This document shows positions 1 through 8,399 of a stretch of 12,284 nt of DNA, piece by piece. A model generated the notes under the pieces. The model did not search any database and had not been told where the DNA came from. It was given only the letters and a program-made list of their open reading frames with translations. The position numbers and the translations under genes were made by a program. Source of the DNA: Promethearchaeota archaeon (lineage in GTDB: Archaea; Asgardarchaeota; Lokiarchaeia; Sigyniarchaeales; SOKP01); contig SHMW01000104.1 of the NCBI GenBank assembly GCA_008080735.1, positions 1-12,284 of the forward strand, read 5' to 3'. Within the stretch, counting starts at the first letter, position 1, and every line of letters starts with the position of its first letter.

Positions 1-138
1 AAAAATTATTTTAATATTTTTTTAATATAGTCAAGGCAAGATCAAAGTTATTAGCAGCATAATAGATGCTTTTATAGGGAAAGACAAATCGATTAGTTAC
101 CAAATTTGTATAAAAAATTGTAAATAAAATGATGAGAG

Positions 139-612
139 ATGGGTTTTAAAGAACGCACGAGTAACTATTTTGAAAACATCCCAAATATGGAGAAAGGAAA
201 AGCAACTAAATATATCGTGATTGGTATCTTTCTGATTATAATATTTGGATTAATAGCAAGTATCAGTACATCGATTGCTGATAATGCAAATGACTGGAAA
301 AGTATGGTAGATCAGATTGCTTTAAATCAATTAAACGATGGCATAATAGATAGCAACCAATATAATGCGATAATTGCTCAAAACACAGTTACTCGATACG
401 CAATGCAGTGGCAAGAGGCAATTGTCGTGAGTATAGCTAAAGTAGGAATAGATATTGCTTTATTGTTAATTTCTATCGGGTTCATAAGTTTTGCATTAAA
501 TGAGTCCTATGATCAAAGAACACGTTGGATTTGTCTTATTATTTCTGGAGTCATTTTATCGGTAATATTATTCACCACCTTGTTCACCAATATATCACTT
601 TCAATAGCCTAA
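139..612 (+). CDS. Hypothetical integral membrane protein (about 3 transmembrane helices)
   Basis: 157-aa ORF with hydrophobic stretches YIVIGIFLIIIFGLIA, IALLLISIGFISFAL and WICLIISGVILSVILFTTLF around a polar loop; followed by oligo-T tracts. Confidence 0.8.
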   Translation: MGFKERTSNYFENIPNMEKGKATKYIVIGIFLIIIFGLIASISTSIADNANDWKSMVDQIALNQLNDGIIDSNQYNAIIAQNTVTRYAMQWQEAIVVSIAKVGIDIALLLISIGFISFALNESYDQRTRWICLIISGVILSVILFTTLFTNISLSIA

Positions 613-624
613 ATCAATAATAAG

Positions 625-648
625 TTTTTTTATTTTTTTCATTTTTTT
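625..648 (+). terminator. Oligo-T (archaeal-type) terminator candidate
   Basis: Three consecutive T7 runs (TTTTTTTATTTTTTTCATTTTTTT) starting just after the stop of 139..612, between convergent genes. Confidence 0.55.
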
Positions 649-669
649 GTTAGTATTCATAGATATAGA

Positions 670-1350
670 TCAATTTGAGAAAGGTTTATTTTTAAGGTTA
701 AATACGTTCCAATTTTTTAGTGCTCTCCATCTCCATCCGAGGTTTGCAAAAAGTTTAAACATTCCCATCGGAATAGTCTGTTCGGCTACCAATTCTTTTG
801 CCTCTTGGGAGATTGGCTTATCTTGGGATAAATTCCTACCAGCGATTTTTAATCCTTTTTTAAGGGATTCAGTCATCCTTCCCGCATCTTCAAGATCACG
901 CCCATGAATGACCTCACCACCTCCAAATTGTAAGCCTCCTTTCCATTGAAAGCCCATTTCATCGGTAAAAACCTGACAAATTTTTATGGCAAGATCAATT
1001 TGAGAAGCTTCGGGAAATCCCGAATTGGAGATCGCTATAAGACTTTTATTCTGCGGTCTCTTTAGATTACCCTTCATTTCATAAATGATCTCCATAGTTT
1101 TAATCAGTGGTGCGGGTAGATGATCGACATATAATGGAAATGAAAAGACAATTAGATCTGCCTTGTTTATTAGATTAATTAAATAATCGCGTTTTTCTTC
1201 TCTCACAACAAGTCGATGGGTATATTCTTTTATCAGTGAAAATCTCTCATGATTCATTTGTCTCCATAAAAACATTCCCAAAGATTCAGATGTGCTATTA
1301 GCGGCTCTAGGACTCCCCACTAACAATAAAAATTGTTTTGTGTCGCTCAT
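670..1350 (-). CDS. NAD(P)H-dependent oxidoreductase, flavodoxin/FMN_red fold, without Fe-S motif
   Basis: N-terminal LLVGSPR..NSTS FMN-phosphate loop; ADLIVFSFPLYVDHLPAPL; ISNSGFPE. GGAGGT RBS at 1363-1368. ATGA overlap with the upstream gene. Confidence 0.85.
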   Translation of the reverse strand: MSDTKQFLLLVGSPRAANSTSESLGMFLWRQMNHERFSLIKEYTHRLVVREEKRDYLINLINKADLIVFSFPLYVDHLPAPLIKTMEIIYEMKGNLKRPQNKSLIAISNSGFPEASQIDLAIKICQVFTDEMGFQWKGGLQFGGGEVIHGRDLEDAGRMTESLKKGLKIAGRNLSQDKPISQEAKELVAEQTIPMGMFKLFANLGWRWRALKNWNVFNLKNKPFSN

Positions 1351-1922
1351 AGTCTACTCTTAACCTCCATTATAATATTTTGAAGCTGCGTTTTGAATAT
1401 TGAGATATCCCCATTCTGAATATAGACAAGGGTCTCAAAAATATCCCCCTCCATATTTAAAGCGTTTCGTTGAGTCAGTTCTTTGAAGATGTCTTCCTTC
1501 TCCTCATCAGAATTTTTCATAAATCCTATAAATATTTTAGAGGAAATGTTATCATATCTCTGTTTGTGATGAATCTCCCCATTTACTTCCTTGAAAAATG
1601 GGAGAAGATTTGGTATAAACCTATCGACTGCTTTTTTAAGTTCAAAAGAATACCCTCCGAATGTAATGGGAGTTATAAGAATAATCAGATCGTTATTGAC
1701 CATTAAGTTGGTTATTTCTCGTCCAAAATCATCAATTCGACATATTCCAGGAGTTTTTAGCCAGCAATCGAAACAACCTTGACAGTATGTGATTTGTTTA
1801 TCTGCAAGAAGGATATAAGTTGATTCACTTTGAGTATCCTTCAGAAGTTCATCCACAATTGAATTGATTTCCTCTTGAATGGGATGTTTCGGTTTAGAAC
1901 CATCTAATATTAAAGTCTTCAT
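1347..1922 (-). CDS. Flavodoxin family / iron-sulfur flavoprotein-like protein
   Basis: LILDGS start; CQGCFDCWLKTPGIC (Cx2Cx2Cx7C) Fe-S motif; DLIILITPITFGGYSFELKKAVDR; HHKQRY. Confidence 0.88.
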   Translation of the reverse strand: MKTLILDGSKPKHPIQEEINSIVDELLKDTQSESTYILLADKQITYCQGCFDCWLKTPGICRIDDFGREITNLMVNNDLIILITPITFGGYSFELKKAVDRFIPNLLPFFKEVNGEIHHKQRYDNISSKIFIGFMKNSDEEKEDIFKELTQRNALNMEGDIFETLVYIQNGDISIFKTQLQNIIMEVKSRL

Positions 1923-2134
1923 TTTTTACTAAATTGTAATTTTTCCTACTAATTAAATGAAGTATTTGTCTTTTATTAAAAGATGGGAGACCATTGTTTG
2001 AGAATCCCAGAAGAATTTTACTAATAACTTAATCACTTTAGTGCTTTCCAGAATTCTAATAACCTCTAAGCATAAACTATAAAATATGAAATACACAATT
2101 TAAACTAAAGTGAGTATATAGTTGTGTGTGGTAA

Positions 2135-3346
2135 GTGAAGAAAATGGAAAAATCAATCACCGTGTTCCAATTGAAAGGTTCTGAGTATGAAATGGGAGTT
2201 AAGCAAGGAACTCATTTCAGATATGAAATTAACGAGTTATATAGGAAACTCACATCTTCAGAAGAATTTTTAGCATCAAAACCATTCCTTATTCCTAAAT
2301 TCCTATATAAGGGTTTGGCAACGATAGTTTCTTCAGGAATGATTAAAGAATCAATACAAGAATATTTTCCCTCTCAATGGAGGTTTCTGGAAGGGTTAAG
2401 TGAAGGAGCGGATATCTCTCTAAGAAAGCTTTTATTTATGCAAGCTATTGATGCGCTTGGAACCCAAATAACCAATTATAAAATAGAAAAGAACATCTCA
2501 ACCTCCTTTAATCATTGTAGTGCGGTAGGCGTTAGCGGATCTAAGAGTACCACGGGGGGCGTCTTAATGATCAAGAATTGGGATGGTCCGGAATACTTGG
2601 CCGAATATACCATATTTAGAAATATCATCCCTTCGGGAGAACGATTCTCAACAATCGGTTCTGGAGTAGCTGGGCTGGTCGGAATTAATAATGGGTTGAA
2701 TGAAAAAGGCCTTTCTATCGTATATAATTATGCATATCCAAAAGATATCGGTGATGAAGGCGTTCCCGCCATGATCATTATCAGAGAGGCATTAGAAACT
2801 TGTGGTACGGTGAAGGAAACCATAGACCTTTTTAAGAAATATCCTCGAATCGGAGGATCGAATGTGATGATGGCAGATAAAAAAGGAGATTTAGCGGTCT
2901 TGGAAGTTGGGCCTTCAAATGTGGAAGTACGTCGTGAAGATGATGAGGGGCAAAAAGGATGGTTAATTTGTACTAATCATTATCTCACTTCCGCTATGAA
3001 AAAATTAGAAGTTTCCAGGGATGCCATATACAGTGAGGGTGCTGCCGAAGTGTTTCGCGGAAAACCTGTACATAAAACTTCGCTCTTACGATATGAAAAT
3101 GCTCGTGAGATTTTGAAAAATGATTCCCCAGAACAAATCTCCTTAGATTTTCTTAATAATAAAATTCAATGCAGCCATGGGAGAGAAAATAAACCATCGG
3201 AATTTACATTCTGTAATCATGGAATAAAAATCTCAACTGGATTTGGGGTAATGGTAGACGTGGATAATGAACAATTCTATGCCGCTCTTGGAAAACCTTG
3301 TCAGAAGGAGATGGAAAACTTAAGTGAGCAGATAAAATCCGATTAA
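2135..3346 (+). CDS. C45 family autoproteolytic acyltransferase/peptidase (Ntn hydrolase)
   Basis: GSEYEMGVKQG N-terminus; putative nucleophile Cys128 in NHCSAVGV (codon 2516-2518); KNWD, GLNEKGL, CTNHY and S..RY motifs. Start may be ATG 2144. Confidence 0.88.
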   Translation: MKKMEKSITVFQLKGSEYEMGVKQGTHFRYEINELYRKLTSSEEFLASKPFLIPKFLYKGLATIVSSGMIKESIQEYFPSQWRFLEGLSEGADISLRKLLFMQAIDALGTQITNYKIEKNISTSFNHCSAVGVSGSKSTTGGVLMIKNWDGPEYLAEYTIFRNIIPSGERFSTIGSGVAGLVGINNGLNEKGLSIVYNYAYPKDIGDEGVPAMIIIREALETCGTVKETIDLFKKYPRIGGSNVMMADKKGDLAVLEVGPSNVEVRREDDEGQKGWLICTNHYLTSAMKKLEVSRDAIYSEGAAEVFRGKPVHKTSLLRYENAREILKNDSPEQISLDFLNNKIQCSHGRENKPSEFTFCNHGIKISTGFGVMVDVDNEQFYAALGKPCQKEMENLSEQIKSD

Positions 3347-3422
3347 ATCTTCTCTTTCTTAGCATTTTTAATGATCTCATAATTTAATGTTATATTTATA
3401 ACATTTTATAATAATTCTATAT

Positions 3423-3620
3423 TTGGAGAATATAATTAAGATGGGGAAAATTGATGATATACCTCCCTCTGAATTGATGGAATATCAAGATGTAATTGAT
3501 TTTCTAACTCTCTTTTATGCAAATAAAGAGCGAGTAGATATAGACTTAATCACAAGAAAAGCAAGACAAGTGAATTTGGAAAGTACCCTTAGAAAGCTGC
3601 TCGAATTAGAGATTTATTAG
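3423..3620 (+). CDS. Small hypothetical protein, possibly the C-terminal remnant of a nucleotidyltransferase (DUF6036/AbiEii-like)
   Basis: 65-aa ORF (TTG 3423 or ATG 3441). QDVIDFLTL...VDIDLITRKARQVNLESTLRKLL resembles, by eye, the helical C-terminal tail of such NTases; no N-terminal GG/DxD catalytic motif. Confidence 0.45.
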   Translation: MENIIKMGKIDDIPPSELMEYQDVIDFLTLFYANKERVDIDLITRKARQVNLESTLRKLLELEIY

Positions 3621-3644
3621 ACTATTTAGACACAGTTTGGTTTC

Positions 3645-4169
3645 TCATTTAAGGGAAACTTTAATTAAATTGATAATTTCATCTGGGGACAATCCGTTGC
3701 AATCGATAGTGAGGTTCGAATATTTATTGTAGAGTGTTATTCTCTCTTGATATAATTCAGGGAGAGAAAGGGAATCCAATCCAACAATACCTCGAGATTC
3801 TTTATTATCTAATCGCTCTTTTAGAACTTCTAAAGGTAAATCTAAAAATATTATAGTTGAGATCTGATTTAATTTATTCATAACTGTCTTAGAATAGATC
3901 ACCGAACCACCCGGAGAAATAACAGAATTTTGCAGAGGAAGTAATTCTAAAATTGCTTCTTCCTCTATTTCGCAGAATTTTTCATTCCCATTGGTATCTA
4001 TGATCTCTTGGAGATTTCTTCCTTCTTTCTCTTCAATATAATCATCAGTATCGATAAAATCGAAGTCTAACTCATCTGCCAGTAATTTGCCGATAGTTGA
4101 TTTTCCCGATCCTGGCATTCCAATAAGAGTGATATTTTCACACTTTTTCATCTCTCTTCTTGTATACAT
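3645..4169 (-). CDS. aroK: Shikimate kinase, bacterial AroK-type (P-loop NMP kinase fold)
   Basis: ITLIGMPGSGKSTIG Walker A; FIDTDDYIE; VISPGGS; IFLDLPLEVLKERL; LYQERITLY. Start may be ATG 4151. Confidence 0.88.
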   Translation of the reverse strand: MYTRREMKKCENITLIGMPGSGKSTIGKLLADELDFDFIDTDDYIEEKEGRNLQEIIDTNGNEKFCEIEEEAILELLPLQNSVISPGGSVIYSKTVMNKLNQISTIIFLDLPLEVLKERLDNKESRGIVGLDSLSLPELYQERITLYNKYSNLTIDCNGLSPDEIINLIKVSLK

Positions 4170-4204
4170 TAATATCTTAGTATAGGTTTACAAAAGGGGG
4201 TAAA

Positions 4205-4265
4205 ATGGCTTAAATACTTCCATAATACTTATATATTCGGTTAGCAAATAAGATTATTATATAAT
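4205..4265. promoter_or_regulatory. Divergent promoter region with TATA-like boxes
   Basis: TTAAATA (about 4210), TTATATA (about 4229) and TTATATAA (about 4257) lie between divergently transcribed aroK and the SCP2 operon; AT-richness limits specificity. Confidence 0.35.
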
Positions 4266-4332
4266 TAAGATAAATTGATAGAAAATCATCAAAATATTCT
4301 ATTAAAAACAAATTTACGTGAAGGGAAAAAAT

Positions 4333-4800
4333 ATGGTAAAGTTTGAAGATATAGAAGAAATCGGGAAGAAATGGGCGAACGAATATTGTGAGGCGTTAAA
4401 TAACAGTAAGGCATACGAAGAGGCAGCAAAAGGATGGGGTATTGATTTTGATGGCTCGATGTTATTTGTAATGGAACCTTCGGGGGAGATTGAAGAAGGA
4501 GTATCTGCGTTTTTAGATTTAAAGGATGGAAAATGCTTAGGAATTCAGATCCTCCAACCAGAAGAAGAACCTCCTAGAGATCCCATCATGACCTTAAAGG
4601 GCTCCTTTCTTTTATGGAAAAAATTAGCATTTCAAGAAATTGACCCCATCCAAAGTCTGATGTCTGGGAAATTAAAATTGGAAGGAGAGATGTCCCTCGC
4701 GATGCGATATGCCAGAGCTGCGATGGAGCTTGCCAATGCGACCCAAAATACCGATACGACATTCTTTACAAAATTTGATCTGGGAGAAGAGACTGAATGA
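4333..4800 (+). CDS. SCP2 sterol/lipid-binding domain protein
   Basis: WANEYCEALNNSKAYEEAAKGW; FLDLKDGKC; WKKL...IDPIQSLMSGKLKLEGEM, the SCP2 signature. ATG 4333 preferred over GTG 4318. Confidence 0.88.
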   Translation: MVKFEDIEEIGKKWANEYCEALNNSKAYEEAAKGWGIDFDGSMLFVMEPSGEIEEGVSAFLDLKDGKCLGIQILQPEEEPPRDPIMTLKGSFLLWKKLAFQEIDPIQSLMSGKLKLEGEMSLAMRYARAAMELANATQNTDTTFFTKFDLGEETE

Positions 4801-4813
4801 GGTGGAAAAGAAT

Positions 4814-5566
4814 ATGACTGATTATAAACAGCAGATTGATTATTCAATGCCACGACAAAACGGATTATTCCCACCTCCTCCGTATGAATATCCTAATATG
4901 CGTGCAATAGTGGTCCTCTTTCAATGTAAAGCAGGGATAAAAGAGAAATATCTTCCTCCAGAGCTGGAACCGATTGAATTTGGCTTTGATGCGATTTTTA
5001 TTTCAGATTATCCAGACTCCAGCGTTGGGCCTTATTTTGAAAATCTTATTGTATTAAATTGTAAATATAAAGACCAACCGGGAGCATTCGTGTTTAATAT
5101 CTATGTTACAACAGAAGAGGCACTAACCGCGGGAAGAGAGATATGGGGATATCCAAAAAAGCTCTGCGATATTAAACTCTCACCAATTCAAGAAAAGGAT
5201 GGCAAGAAAAAAGTCTATGGAAGCCTTACTAGAAAAGACATCACATTTCTCGAAGTGGAACTCAATGTGTTAGATGATCCCCCGGGTATGGATCCCCAAG
5301 GAATGATCGAAAATATGCCGCTTTATAATTTGAAGCTCATTCCCGATGTTTCAAGTAATTCTACTCCAGCATTACGGCAATTAACTGAAACCAATATGAA
5401 ATATAAAGATTTTACTAAACAATTTGGGGCGGAAACGAGTTTTGTAAAATCAACATATTCAAAATATGATATTTGTCATGACCTTCTCAAGGATGCGAAT
5501 ACAAATTTAGGTGGCTTTTATATCGAATGCACTCAAATCCTTCCAAATGGGAAAATTTTGGAATAA
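4814..5566 (+). CDS. Acetoacetate decarboxylase-like superfamily protein (Schiff-base Lys)
   Basis: Start reassigned to ATG 4814 (GAGGTG RBS at 4799-4804; removes the overlap with SCP2). FPPPPYEY, GPYFE, AGREIWGYPKK (Lys115, codon 5156-5158), YNLKLIP. Confidence 0.9.
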   Translation: MTDYKQQIDYSMPRQNGLFPPPPYEYPNMRAIVVLFQCKAGIKEKYLPPELEPIEFGFDAIFISDYPDSSVGPYFENLIVLNCKYKDQPGAFVFNIYVTTEEALTAGREIWGYPKKLCDIKLSPIQEKDGKKKVYGSLTRKDITFLEVELNVLDDPPGMDPQGMIENMPLYNLKLIPDVSSNSTPALRQLTETNMKYKDFTKQFGAETSFVKSTYSKYDICHDLLKDANTNLGGFYIECTQILPNGKILE

Positions 5567-5591
5567 AAATAAATCCGAAGTTATTTTTATT
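5562..5591. promoter_or_regulatory. Perfect 11-bp inverted repeat inside the operon (hairpin or operator candidate)
   Basis: AATAAAAATAA (5562-5572), 8-nt spacer ATCCGAAG, TTATTTTTATT (5581-5591), then a T-rich tail. Confidence 0.4.
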
Positions 5592-5631
5592 GTTTATTTT
5601 ATAAGTTTATACTAATTAATAGGTGGAATAT

Positions 5632-7155
5632 ATGAATGTGATAGGAAATGCGTTTGAAGAAATAGAAGATATAGTGGGGACTAAATATGTGACGGATTCT
5701 GAGCCTATCTGTTATTCTTACTCAATGAATTGTGATACTGTACTTCAAGGAATCCCTGAGATTGTTGTAAAACCTAGTTCTTCAGAAGAAGTTGCGGGAA
5801 TTCTAAAAGTTGCCAACAAATATAAAATAAAAGTTATCCCTCGAGGGGGTGGCGCGGACCTTACTGGAGGAGCGAAACCGATTGGTGATGGAGGTATTAT
5901 TGTAGATATTACGCGGATGAATCAGATTTTAGATGTTGATGAGAAGAATCATATCGTCACCGTAGAATGTGGGATTTCGTGGAGTGAATTATGCGCACAA
6001 TTAAAAAAAGTGGGAGTGGGATATTATACTGGTTCTACGGGACCAGGATCCGGTTTTTCTGCCACTATTGGAGGCGGGCTTTCGAATAATACCTTAGGAG
6101 GCGGGGGTGCTGCAATGTATGGGAATGTGACCGAGCAATGTGTGGGATTAGAGGTTGTTCTTCCCACGGGCGAGATAATTTATACGGGAGCAAAAGCTAA
6201 TTCATTCTGCAAGAAACCATTTACTCGGTTTGGATTAGGACCCGATTATTCAGGACTATTTTTGGGAGATGTCGGTATCCATGGCATAAAAACACAAGCC
6301 TCACTTAAATTGTATCCCATTCCAGAATATGCCGCCTATAGTACCTATGAGATTAATGACAATCAAGATAGAAAAGAATATATAAAGGTTATGAAGGTTA
6401 TGCAGAGATGGCAGCAAAAGCACCTTCCACTACACGATTATTACTATTATACCAAAGGATATACCAAACTCCTCACCACGTTTCAAATCAAAAAGAACTT
6501 AGCAAATATGGGGGTAGAAGGGAGTGTGATGTTTTATACCACGGTCGCGGACACCCAAAAAGAGTTAGAGAACTCCGTTGAACAAATTGAGGGAATTGCT
6601 GAGAAAGGAGGATTGAGTAAGCTTGGAGAAACTGTAGAAGAGGGAAACTTGGGGAAATGGTTTTATGAAGAAGACGGGCGTTGGCAATGGGCGCACATCT
6701 ATTGGGGGCTATATGGTCCAGAAGGGACGAGCTTAGGTACATGCCTCAAATGCCCAACATACCAATTACCCGACTATATTCAATTATATGAGGATTGGGC
6801 AAATCGGAACCGTGAGAAATTTTGGAGTGTGGGAGGTGGCGGAGCGAATTTTATTGTGATAGGATGCCATCCCTGTTATATAGACGTTACTGGCGGGATC
6901 ACACTCCATACCGACATCAAAAACAGAAAAATATATTATGAACTCTGGGAAGATCTTCTCCTATCTCAAATCAAGGATTTGGGTGCTATTCATTATTGGA
7001 TGGGTGAGATTATTGGTAAAACCTTAGTTGATTCCGGAGCTTTATCAAAAGAATATTACGATTTTATGATCTCGGTTAAAAAAGCCCTTGATCCAAAAGG
7101 TATTATGAGTCCCGGTAAATTTTATCTGAACAGGGCATATGGAGGTGGTGTTTAA
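5632..7155 (+). CDS. FAD-binding oxidoreductase, VAO/PCMH superfamily (GlcD/D-lactate dehydrogenase-like, divergent)
   Basis: PEIVVKPSSSEEV; IPRGGGADLTGGA; SATIGG; GLEVVLPTGEI; VKKALDPKGIMSPGK. ATG 5632 follows an AGGTGG RBS at 5621-5626. Confidence 0.9.
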   Translation: MNVIGNAFEEIEDIVGTKYVTDSEPICYSYSMNCDTVLQGIPEIVVKPSSSEEVAGILKVANKYKIKVIPRGGGADLTGGAKPIGDGGIIVDITRMNQILDVDEKNHIVTVECGISWSELCAQLKKVGVGYYTGSTGPGSGFSATIGGGLSNNTLGGGGAAMYGNVTEQCVGLEVVLPTGEIIYTGAKANSFCKKPFTRFGLGPDYSGLFLGDVGIHGIKTQASLKLYPIPEYAAYSTYEINDNQDRKEYIKVMKVMQRWQQKHLPLHDYYYYTKGYTKLLTTFQIKKNLANMGVEGSVMFYTTVADTQKELENSVEQIEGIAEKGGLSKLGETVEEGNLGKWFYEEDGRWQWAHIYWGLYGPEGTSLGTCLKCPTYQLPDYIQLYEDWANRNREKFWSVGGGGANFIVIGCHPCYIDVTGGITLHTDIKNRKIYYELWEDLLLSQIKDLGAIHYWMGEIIGKTLVDSGALSKEYYDFMISVKKALDPKGIMSPGKFYLNRAYGGGV

Positions 7156-7157
7156 GA

Positions 7158-8399
7158 ATGAGTGAAAATAAATCCGAAAACCAATTGAAGAATTTAGAAA
7201 AGGTAAAAGATGCGGCATTATCATGCGTGCATTGTGGGCAGTGTCGGGTGGCAAATTGGCCAATCCAAAATTTTTATTATGTATGTCCTGTCTATAAATC
7301 CCAAGTATCCCCTCAATTTGATCCGTATTTCGCGCGCGGAAAAAATATTATCTTAAAAGGATTATTATGGGGAGATTTGAAATTGAGTAGGGAAATTACT
7401 GAATTGTTTTCTCAGTGTTCTCTGTGCGGAGCATGTGAAGAATTTTGCCATAATGCTATGAATGAGAATTTTGATTTTCCGACTCATAGGTGGACAAGTA
7501 TGGTCGAAGTTTTCGAAGCTTTGCGGGCGGATTTAGTGGAAGCGGGGTTCGCGCTTGATTCACATTCTTCAATGAATAAAGCTTTAACAGAAAAACTGAA
7601 TCCCTATGACCGTGATAATAAGGAAAAAAGTAAGTGGACGGATCAAATCGACTTTAAAGTGAAGGATGCTTCCAAAAAGCCAATAGATCTTCTTTATTAT
7701 GTGGGATGTACAGCAGCCCTTACTCCCAATATTCAAAATATTGCCATCTATACCTCCAAAATATTACATAAACTTGGGATAGATTTTGGGATCTTAGGAG
7801 AACACGAGATTTGTTGCGGCAGCGTAGCTCTCAGAACGGGTGATAGGAAGGCATTTGAGACTATATCCGAGAAAAATGTAGAGCTATTAAAAAGATTAGG
7901 GATTAAAACTATTATAACCAGCTGTGCGGGATGTTATAGAACTTTAAAGAAAGATTACAACAAGAAATTAGATGGAATAGAAATTTTCCATACAGTAGAA
8001 TTTCTCCAAACTTATCTTCAAGAAAAAGAGATCAGTCTCAAGAATTTAGAAATTAGAACAACCTATCACGATCCTTGCCACATTGGGCGCCATATGGGAA
8101 TGTATGAAATTCCACGAGAAGTATTAGCGCAAATATCTGACCCTATTGAAATGCAGACAAACCGAGAAGGGGCTATGTGTTGCGGAGCGGGAGGTGGATT
8201 ACGAAAAGGGAATGCAGAACTTTCCTTAGATCTGGCTAAAAATCGTGTTAAAGAAGCTATGGAAACAGGGGTTGAAAATCTTGTGAGTACCTGCCCCTTT
8301 TGTTATCGAAACCTTTCAGATGCGTTAGAAGAACTCAATTCTGAAATGAAAATGATTGATTTAGTTCAATTGATTTATGATTCCCTTAATCGAAAATGA
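7158..8399 (+). CDS. (Fe-S)-binding protein, GlcF/HdrD family (two ferredoxin-type motifs plus two CCG domains)
   Basis: CVHCGQC...CP; CSLCGACEEFC; VGC..ICCG..SCAGC; HDPCH..MCCGAGGG..TCPFC. GGAGGTG RBS at 7141-7147; starts 2 nt after the upstream stop. Confidence 0.92.
   Translation: MSENKSENQLKNLEKVKDAALSCVHCGQCRVANWPIQNFYYVCPVYKSQVSPQFDPYFARGKNIILKGLLWGDLKLSREITELFSQCSLCGACEEFCHNAMNENFDFPTHRWTSMVEVFEALRADLVEAGFALDSHSSMNKALTEKLNPYDRDNKEKSKWTDQIDFKVKDASKKPIDLLYYVGCTAALTPNIQNIAIYTSKILHKLGIDFGILGEHEICCGSVALRTGDRKAFETISEKNVELLKRLGIKTIITSCAGCYRTLKKDYNKKLDGIEIFHTVEFLQTYLQEKEISLKNLEIRTTYHDPCHIGRHMGMYEIPREVLAQISDPIEMQTNREGAMCCGAGGGLRKGNAELSLDLAKNRVKEAMETGVENLVSTCPFCYRNLSDALEELNSEMKMIDLVQLIYDSLNRK

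Noticed and set aside
647-907. 86-aa plus-strand ORF
   Set aside because: Antisense shadow of the well-supported reductase 670..1350; no motifs.
1470-1782. Two short plus-strand ORFs (78 and 63 aa)
   Set aside because: Antisense to the Fe-S flavodoxin gene; no recognisable features.
4709-4813. 35-aa N-terminal extension of the ADC-like ORF
   Set aside because: Overlaps SCP2 in another frame; the RBS and family alignment support ATG 4814.
4632-4874. 80-aa minus-strand ORF
   Set aside because: Antisense shadow across the SCP2/ADC junction.
6488-7263. Minus-strand ORFs 6488..6742 and 7045..7263
   Set aside because: Antisense to the FAD and Fe-S genes; no coding signals.
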